DNA from: Thermodesulfobacteriota bacterium
GTDB taxonomy: Bacteria; Desulfobacterota_D; UBA1144
NCBI GenBank assembly: GCA_029246845.1
Contig: JAQWMJ010000025.1
Span: 1 to 15,112, forward strand
Length of the DNA stretch: 15,112 nt
Direction: 5' to 3'
In this document: positions 9,288-15,112 of the stretch, one piece after another
Layout: every line of letters starts with the position of its first letter
Numbering within the stretch: position 1 is the stretch's first letter
Translations under genes and position numbers: made by a program
Notes under the pieces: generated by a model
Told to the model about the DNA's origin: nothing
The model's database searches: none
The model's input: the letters and a program-made list of their open reading frames with translations, nothing else

Positions 9288-9566
9288 ATGGCTTTAGTTA
9301 GGATACCAACACCCCTTAGAAGACTCACGAACGAAAAAGATGAAGTTTCAATTTCGTCAGATTCCGTTGCTCAAATGATTATTGATCTAGAAACAGAATT
9401 CCCTGGAATTAAAGATAGGCTCTGTGATGACCAAGGTGAGATAAGAAAATTTATTAATATTTATGTTAACGAAGAAGATATTAGATTTCTAAAAGGTCCA
9501 GAAACTGTAATATCAGAAAATGATATTGTTTCTATAATTCCTGCCATTGCTGGTGGGGCTAGCTAA
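9288..9566 (+). CDS. ThiS/MoaD/CysO family ubiquitin-like sulfur carrier protein (MetO/CysO-like)
   Basis: VRIPTPLR, FPGIKDRL, FINIYVNEEDIRFL, SIIPAIAGG followed by AS. RBS AAGGAG; directly abuts the upstream stop codon. Confidence 0.95.
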   Translation: MALVRIPTPLRRLTNEKDEVSISSDSVAQMIIDLETEFPGIKDRLCDDQGEIRKFINIYVNEEDIRFLKGPETVISENDIVSIIPAIAGGAS

Positions 9567-10623
9567 AAAAGTCTTTAACTTTGTTTATATAATCTGAGAA
9601 TGGATTTGATGCTTCTTTGTCAATTTCTTTTTGAAAGTCTTGCATTATTTTTTTCTGTTTAGAGCTTGTTGTCTTAGGGATAACAATATTTAACTTTACA
9701 TACAAATCTCCTATTCTAGTTGACCTAAGGTCCTTGATACCTTTTCCTTTAAGTCTCATTATTTGACCGGGTTGAATTCCTGGTGGGATTTTTAATTCTG
9801 ACTTACCCTCCAAAGTGGGAATATCAATACTTCCTCCTATTACTGCATTCGGTATACTTATTGGTACTTCACATATTAGATTCTCATCTTCTCTTTCAAA
9901 AAGCGGGTGATCTTTAACTGATATGTTGATATAAAGATCCCCGTTGGGGCCTGAACTTATCCCTAAATCGCCTTCATTTCTTATTCTTAACTGTGTTCCG
10001 TTGTCCACTCCTGGTGGCACTTTAACTTTAACAGTTTTATGTTCAGTTTCCTCAGGGAAAGCACCTATTCCACCGCAAGAATCACATCCTCTACTAACTG
10101 AGAAAAAACCCTGAGAATAATTTACTTGGCCTGATCCTCCACATGCATTACAAGTCTTGTAGCTTTTAGCTCTTCTTACTTGAACATTCATTTGAGCGCC
10201 TTTAACGGCTTGTTCAAACTCTAAAAGAAGGTCATATTTTAGATCTCTACCTTTTGGACTTCTTTCTCTAGAAGGTCTTCTGGCTCTACCTCTACCGCCA
10301 CCCAGAAAATCATTCATCAAATCTTCAATATCGATTCCACCACCACCAAATCCACCTCCAGGGAAACCACCTCCTGGAAAACCACCGGCTCCTCCACCTT
10401 CAAAAGCAGAAGATCCATAAGCGTCATACTGAGATCTTTTCTCTGAGTCACCTAGGACTTGATAAGCCTCATTTATTTCTTTAAATTTTTCTTCGGATTT
10501 CTTATCACCTTTATTTCTATCTGGATGATACTTAAAAGCTAGCTTCTTGTATGATTTCTTAATTTCTTCATCAGATGAGCTCTTTGAAACACCCAAAGTT
10601 GAATAAAAATCTTTATTACTCAT
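9559..10623 (-). CDS. dnaJ: DnaJ chaperone with a truncated zinc-finger region
   Basis: J domain (DFY..LGV, HPD, FKEINEAYQVL), G/F-rich linker, two CxxCxGxG motifs, C-terminal domains (GDLY, HPLFER, IPTLEG). Likely start is ATG 10623 (MSNKDFY) rather than 10635. Confidence 0.95.
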   Translation of the reverse strand: MSNKDFYSTLGVSKSSSDEEIKKSYKKLAFKYHPDRNKGDKKSEEKFKEINEAYQVLGDSEKRSQYDAYGSSAFEGGGAGGFPGGGFPGGGFGGGGIDIEDLMNDFLGGGRGRARRPSRERSPKGRDLKYDLLLEFEQAVKGAQMNVQVRRAKSYKTCNACGGSGQVNYSQGFFSVSRGCDSCGGIGAFPEETEHKTVKVKVPPGVDNGTQLRIRNEGDLGISSGPNGDLYINISVKDHPLFEREDENLICEVPISIPNAVIGGSIDIPTLEGKSELKIPPGIQPGQIMRLKGKGIKDLRSTRIGDLYVKLNIVIPKTTSSKQKKIMQDFQKEIDKEASNPFSDYINKVKDFFS

Positions 10624-10624
10624 A

Positions 10625-11329
10625 TTAGTTTTCACTTCCTGAAGAGACTGTAACTATCGCTGGCCTTAAAAGCTTATCATTACTCATATATCCGGACTGT
10701 ACAATAGTTATTATCATATCTTTCTCTATGTCTGAAGAAGCCTTCACTTCAAGGGCTTCATGCAAGAGCGGATCAAAAGCATCCCCTATTTTAGAATCAA
10801 TCCTTGTAATATTACTTTTTGATAAAAAAGTATCGCATTCTTTAAAAACTGCTTTCATTCCTTTGAAAAAATCTGAGTCTGATTCTTTTTCTTCATATAG
10901 AGACAATCCTCTTTCAAAATTATCTATAAAATTTAATAGGTCTCTAAAAATTGAATCTTTGGCATAATTTGTAGCTTGAATCTTCTCCTGTCCTACTCTT
11001 TTTTTGAAATTTTCAAACTCTGCAGCAAATCTTAAAAGCTTATCGTTTATTTCCTTCTTAGCTGCTTCGACACCTCTTACAACCGAGGATATTTCTTTAA
11101 TAGATTCTTCATTCTGAAAGAAAAAAATTATTCCCTTCTTACTCTTATCATCTTTTGGTAAATCAAAAGAATAAGATTCGAATTCAGGAATACATTCCTC
11201 TTCTTTTAATTTTAATTCCTTAAGATAATCCAGAAGGATTTCTTTAGAATCTAGACTAACCTTGTCCTCTTTATCTTCTTTGTCCCCTATATCAATCTCT
11301 GATTTATCTTTTGTAACATCTTCTGTCAT
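10625..11329 (-). CDS. grpE: Nucleotide exchange factor GrpE
   Basis: LR..AEFENFKKR, LL..IDNFER, FDP.LHEA, Q.GY....LLRPA.V.V. GGAG is properly spaced (7 nt) only for ATG 11329. Confidence 0.95.
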   Translation of the reverse strand: MTEDVTKDKSEIDIGDKEDKEDKVSLDSKEILLDYLKELKLKEEECIPEFESYSFDLPKDDKSKKGIIFFFQNEESIKEISSVVRGVEAAKKEINDKLLRFAAEFENFKKRVGQEKIQATNYAKDSIFRDLLNFIDNFERGLSLYEEKESDSDFFKGMKAVFKECDTFLSKSNITRIDSKIGDAFDPLLHEALEVKASSDIEKDMIITIVQSGYMSNDKLLRPAIVTVSSGSEN

Positions 11330-11346
11330 TATCATACTCCAGTTTG

Positions 11347-11374
11347 AATATAGTCATCAAAATAAAAAAATCAA
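11347..11374 (-). promoter_or_regulatory. Possible internal sigma70 promoter for grpE-dnaJ
   Basis: TTGATT-16 bp-TATATT on the minus strand; the AT-rich background lowers significance. Confidence 0.35.
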
Positions 11375-12273
11375 TCAATTTCTTGAATAAGTCCCTCTAG
11401 AACTCCCGAATCTGAAACATATAAACTATCTTTATTTATAAGCTTTAGGATTGATATTAAAATAAATATTCCATAGATTATAACAACCTCTCGTCCTTTT
11501 TCCATACCATGCAACTTTAACCTTTCATTTGGCTTCATTAACATTAATTCATCATGAGTGCTTTTAATGTAGTTCAAACTCAGCCTTTGCCCATTCACTG
11601 CCTCGGGAGAATATTTTTTTAGTTTTAATTTAATTGCTGCCAAAGTTGTAGGTGTTCCACCATTCATTACAATCTTTATTTTTTTTTCTTTGAAATTCGA
11701 GAAAAACTTATATTTTAGTAGCTTCTTTTGAATATCCTTAAAAATATTCTTTTTATCAATAATAGTAAAACTATCTATTTTCTTATATCTTTTCCATTCT
11801 CGAACTACTCCAATCCTCATAGAAACATAGTCGGTTATAATATTATCTTTAATTAAAGTTACCTCAGTACTACCACCCCCTATGTCAACCACTAAAATTT
11901 TACTATCATTAAAATCTAATGGTTTTAATGCACCCCTTGATGTCAGCTTGGCTTCTCTCTTGGAAGTAATAATCTTGAGATTATACGAATAACGTTTTAA
12001 GAAATCTTCTTTTAGTTGCGACTTGTTAATGCAATCCCTAAAAATGCTAGTTGCTACAATGCTAACCTTTTGAACATTGAAATTTTCTATAGATTTAAAA
12101 ATTTTATCTAAAGACTTATAATAATTAGAAGGTGGGGCTAAAACATTATTTTTATCAATATAAGACCCTAAGCCTATTATCGAACTATATCTAAGAAGAA
12201 TTTTCTTTCTATCATCACCTACAATCAACAGCCTAAAAGCGTTTGTCCCTAAATCAACTGCTGCGTAAGCCAT
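11371..12273 (-). CDS. ppx: Ppx/GppA family phosphatase, short form without the C-terminal HD domain
   Basis: AAVDLGTNAFRLLI, VATS..RD, REA.L, DIGGGSTE, GVLEG. Likely start ATG 12273 (MAYAAVD); the track start at 12324 overlaps the upstream gene by 71 nt. Confidence 0.9.
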   Translation of the reverse strand: MAYAAVDLGTNAFRLLIVGDDRKKILLRYSSIIGLGSYIDKNNVLAPPSNYYKSLDKIFKSIENFNVQKVSIVATSIFRDCINKSQLKEDFLKRYSYNLKIITSKREAKLTSRGALKPLDFNDSKILVVDIGGGSTEVTLIKDNIITDYVSMRIGVVREWKRYKKIDSFTIIDKKNIFKDIQKKLLKYKFFSNFKEKKIKIVMNGGTPTTLAAIKLKLKKYSPEAVNGQRLSLNYIKSTHDELMLMKPNERLKLHGMEKGREVVIIYGIFILISILKLINKDSLYVSDSGVLEGLIQEID

Positions 12274-12814
12274 ATTTTTTCTTATAAACCCTGCTATGGT
12301 CGACATAGTCTTTTGAAGTATCAATAATCATTTTGTAGTCGCTTTCATTGATTGCTCTTACCTTTTTACAGGGAGACCCCATATATAGAAATCCTGGTTC
12401 AAGTAAAGCACCTGGAGGCACTAAGGAACCTGCACCAACAATTACGTTGGAGCTAATTTCTGAACCATCTAATACAATTGCACCCATACCAATAAGTGTC
12501 AAGCTTCGAATTGTTGCAGCATGGATAATGCAGCCATGCCCAATAGTTACATCATCACCTATATGAGTTGGGAACTTTTTTGAGTCTATATGTACAATTG
12601 AGCCGTCTTGGATATTTGTTCTTTTTCCAACCTTTATATAATTACCATCTCCACGTAGAAGACAATTAAACCACACGCTAGAGTGTTCTCCTATTTCTAC
12701 ATTTCCAATTACATTTGAATTATTAGCAATGAAAGCACTTTTATGGACAATTGGTTCTTTATTAAAATTAGTTAAGAAGTCTCTTTCGTCTTTAGAGCTG
12801 ATTATAGAGGACAT
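12254..12814 (-). CDS. Gamma carbonic anhydrase family protein (YrdA/PaaY-like left-handed beta-helix)
   Basis: VIGNVEIG..SSVW...LRGD, NIQDGSIVH, IGHGCIIH (three metal His), LIGMGA.VLDG, VGAGSLV. Confidence 0.95.
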   Translation of the reverse strand: MSSIISSKDERDFLTNFNKEPIVHKSAFIANNSNVIGNVEIGEHSSVWFNCLLRGDGNYIKVGKRTNIQDGSIVHIDSKKFPTHIGDDVTIGHGCIIHAATIRSLTLIGMGAIVLDGSEISSNVIVGAGSLVPPGALLEPGFLYMGSPCKKVRAINESDYKMIIDTSKDYVDHSRVYKKKYGLRSS

Positions 12815-13056
12815 TATTTCTTTTTATATTTTTGATTAAATTTCTCAATTCTTCCTGTAGTTCCACCGGCTCTTTCTTTGCCAGAATAAAAAGGATGTGA
12901 TGAGCTTGAAATCTCAACCTTAACTAGAGGATATTCTACACCATTCTCAGTAACAGTTTCGGTAGTATCTACTGAAGAAGCAACAATAAAACTTTGATCA
13001 GTTGTTATGTCTTTAAAAACAACTTTTCTATAATTCGGATGAATTTCTTTTTTCAT
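12814..13056 (-). CDS. rpmE2: 50S ribosomal protein L31 type B (Cys-free)
   Basis: MKKEIHPNY..VVF.D, YPLVKVEISSSSHPFYSG, GRIEKFN.KY; no cysteines. Confidence 0.96.
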   Translation of the reverse strand: MKKEIHPNYRKVVFKDITTDQSFIVASSVDTTETVTENGVEYPLVKVEISSSSHPFYSGKERAGGTTGRIEKFNQKYKKK

Positions 13057-13064
13057 AGGGATGA

Positions 13065-13092
13065 ATTATAAACAGTTAAATTCGATTTGCAA
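13065..13092 (-). promoter_or_regulatory. Putative sigma70 promoter for rpmE2 filling the dnaK-rpmE2 gap
   Basis: TTGCAA (13092-13087)-16 bp-TATAAT (13070-13065), 8 nt before the ATG; no Shine-Dalgarno sequence. Confidence 0.6.
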
Positions 13093-15000
13093 CTATTTAT
13101 CAGTAAATTCGGCATCTATTACATCTTTATCGTCTTTTGCCTTATCTCCCTCTTTATTATCCTCATTTGCGACGTCAGGAGCCTCATTTGATGCTTCTGA
13201 AGCCTCTTTGTACATTTTATCAGCTAAACTATGAGAAGCCTTGCTAAGCTCTTCATGAGCAGTCTTAAGCGCCTCAAGATCTTCTAACTTTAAAGCTTCT
13301 TTAGCTTTTACAACTGCATCTTCAATTTCTTTCTTTTCATCATCTGAAACCTTGTCCGCGTTGTCAGTTAATGTTTTTTCTGTTGAGTAAATCAATTGAT
13401 CAAGAGTATTTCTTTGATTTATTATTTCTTTTTTCTTTTCATCTTCTTCAGATTTAGATTCTGCATCTTGAACCATATCATCAATTTCTTTTTCAGATAA
13501 ACCTGAGGAAGCTTCGACTTTAATCTTTTGCTCTTTGTTAGTTGCCTTGTCAAGAGCTGAAACATTTAAGATACCATCAGAGTCAATATCAAAACCGACT
13601 TCAATTTGCGGCAATCCTCTTGGTGCAGGAGAAAGACCGTCTAGTATAAACTTTGCCAAAGTTCTATTATCTGCGGCCATAGATCTTTCACCTTGCGTAA
13701 CGTGAATTTCAACACTAGGTTGGTTGTCTTGTGCAGTACTAAAAATCTGGCTTTGTTTGGTAGGTATTGTTGTATTCCTGCTTATTATAACAGTATTCAC
13801 TCCGCCTAAAGTTTCAATTCCTAATGATAATGGAGCTACATCAAGTAAAAGAACATCCTTTACATCGCCACTCAAAACAGCGCCTTGAATTGATGCACCT
13901 AATGCAACAACTTCATCTGGATTGATTCCTTTATGAGGCTCTTTACCAAAGAAATCAGTGACAATTTTCTGAACTATTGGCATCCTAGTTGAACCACCAA
14001 CGAGTATTACTTCATTTATCTCAGAAGCTTTTACCCCAGCATCCTTTAAAGCATTTGAACAGGGTTGTAGTGAAGATTTTACTTTTGCATCAATTATTTG
14101 TTCAAATTTAGATCTAGAAAGTTTTATTAGTAAATGTTTAGGACCATTCTGATCAGCAGTGATAAAAGGTAAATTAATCTCTGTTTCTAAAGCTGAAGAT
14201 AGCTCTATCTTTGCTTTTTCTGACCCCTCTCTTAGCCTTTGAAGAGCCATTTTATCTGAGGATAAGTCAACACCATTTTCTCTTTTAAATTCCTCTATTA
14301 AATAGTTAATTATTAACCTATCAAAATCATCTCCACCTAAACTGGTATCACCATTAGTGGATTTGACCTCGATTACATTTTCCCCAACTTCTAGTATAGA
14401 AATATCAAAAGTACCACCACCTAAATCATATACTGCAATCAGTCCATCCTTTTTCTTGTCAAAACCATAGGCAAGTGCTGCAGCCGTAGGTTCGTTTATA
14501 ATTCTCTCAACATTTAATCCTGCAATCTTCCCTGCATCTTTAGTTGCTTGTCTCTGACTATCATTAAAGTAAGCAGGGACAGTTATTACAGCATCGGTAA
14601 CTTTTGTTCCTAAGTGTGATTCCGCAGCATTTTTTAGCTTGCCTAATATATTTGCAGAAATTTCGGGTGGAGAATATTCTTTAGTGTCTATCTTTATCCA
14701 AGCATCACCATTTTTATTCTTTACAACTTCATATGGTAAAACCTTTCTATCGTCTGAGGTCTCTTCGAATCTTCTTCCAATTAATCTCTTTGATGAGTAA
14801 ACTGTTCTCTCTGGATTAACTACCGCCTGTCTTTTTGCTGGTTCACCCACTAATATTTCGTTTTCATTCTTTCCAAAACTAACTATCGATGGCGTAGTTC
14901 TATTACCTTCTTCATTAATTATCACTTTTGGCTCATTTGATTCAACAAATGCAACGCAAGAATTAGTAGTGCCTAAGTCAATTCCTATTACTTTTCCCAT
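13093..15000 (-). CDS. dnaK: Molecular chaperone DnaK (Hsp70)
   Basis: [55 protein letters not shown]-terminal DVIDAEF. Confidence 0.99.
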   Translation of the reverse strand: MGKVIGIDLGTTNSCVAFVESNEPKVIINEEGNRTTPSIVSFGKNENEILVGEPAKRQAVVNPERTVYSSKRLIGRRFEETSDDRKVLPYEVVKNKNGDAWIKIDTKEYSPPEISANILGKLKNAAESHLGTKVTDAVITVPAYFNDSQRQATKDAGKIAGLNVERIINEPTAAALAYGFDKKKDGLIAVYDLGGGTFDISILEVGENVIEVKSTNGDTSLGGDDFDRLIINYLIEEFKRENGVDLSSDKMALQRLREGSEKAKIELSSALETEINLPFITADQNGPKHLLIKLSRSKFEQIIDAKVKSSLQPCSNALKDAGVKASEINEVILVGGSTRMPIVQKIVTDFFGKEPHKGINPDEVVALGASIQGAVLSGDVKDVLLLDVAPLSLGIETLGGVNTVIISRNTTIPTKQSQIFSTAQDNQPSVEIHVTQGERSMAADNRTLAKFILDGLSPAPRGLPQIEVGFDIDSDGILNVSALDKATNKEQKIKVEASSGLSEKEIDDMVQDAESKSEEDEKKKEIINQRNTLDQLIYSTEKTLTDNADKVSDDEKKEIEDAVVKAKEALKLEDLEALKTAHEELSKASHSLADKMYKEASEASNEAPDVANEDNKEGDKAKDDKDVIDAEFTDK

Positions 15001-15010
15001 AAAAAACTAT

Positions 15011-15060
15011 CTCCTATAACAATCTTGCTTAGAAGTTAATCATTAAAGGATAAATGTCAA
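15011..15060 (-). promoter_or_regulatory. dnaK promoter and RBS
   Basis: Perfect TTGACA (15060-15055), 16 bp, TAACTT (15038-15033); AGGAG at 15015-15011. Confidence 0.55.
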
Positions 15061-15065
15061 TAGAC

Positions 15066-15112
15066 TTATATTAACTCTACAACCTTTAAAGCAGCATCCT
15101 TCATTGTTGTAG
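15066..15112 (-). CDS. Possible 3' end of an upstream gene, resembling the C-terminus of succinyl-CoA ligase beta subunit
   Basis: Reads TTMKDAALKVVELI* into the window; only 14 residues visible. Confidence 0.3.
   Translation of the reverse strand, partial: TTMKDAALKVVELI

Noticed and set aside
8043..9566. Molybdopterin or thiamine biosynthesis role for the MoaD/ThiS-like gene
   Set aside because: No moaE, moeA or thiG nearby; the context points to amino-acid sulfur transfer
10335..10400. C-rich imperfect tandem repeats (ccacc/ggaaa)
   Set aside because: They encode the ordinary G/F linker GGFPGGGFPGGGFGGGG of DnaJ
10728..10967. 79-aa plus-strand ORF
   Set aside because: Antisense to grpE
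12348..12566. 72-aa plus-strand ORF
   Set aside because: Antisense to the gamma-CA gene
15001..15112. CIRCE or sigma32 element upstream of dnaK
   Set aside because: No TTAGCACTC-N9-GAGTGCTAA or convincing sigma32 boxes seen. The 7-bp inverted repeat CTACAAC/GTTGTAG (15077-15083 and 15106-15112) probably lies in upstream coding sequence and is likely chance.

Overview
Gene-dense, AT-rich bacterial chromosomal segment (GC roughly 30% by eye, not computed). It looks like a streamlined genome; no mobile element, CRISPR array, rRNA or tRNA was seen. Left to right: 3' part of hemB; an unknown secreted protein; a minus-strand pair (HAD hydrolase, EamA/DMT transporter); a divergent receiver-like protein plus a small DUF1289-like Cys protein missed by the ORF track; a minus-strand gloB-like MBL hydrolase-metH-hypothetical operon; and, divergent from it, a 'threonine synthase'-like PLP enzyme plus a ThiS/MoaD-like sulfur carrier. 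The right end is a minus-strand chaperone cluster: dnaK-rpmE2-gamma-CA-ppx-grpE-dnaJ. The main observation is an unannotated SAM-II-like riboswitch (7935-7984) directly behind a sigma70 promoter and ahead of the thrC-like/sulfur-carrier pair, next to metH. This suggests the pair is a SAM-repressed, sulfur-carrier-dependent homocysteine synthesis module (MetM/MetO-like) rather than a threonine synthase, with an apparently indirect expression platform. The DnaJ keeps only one of the two zinc centres, and several genes look leaderless.
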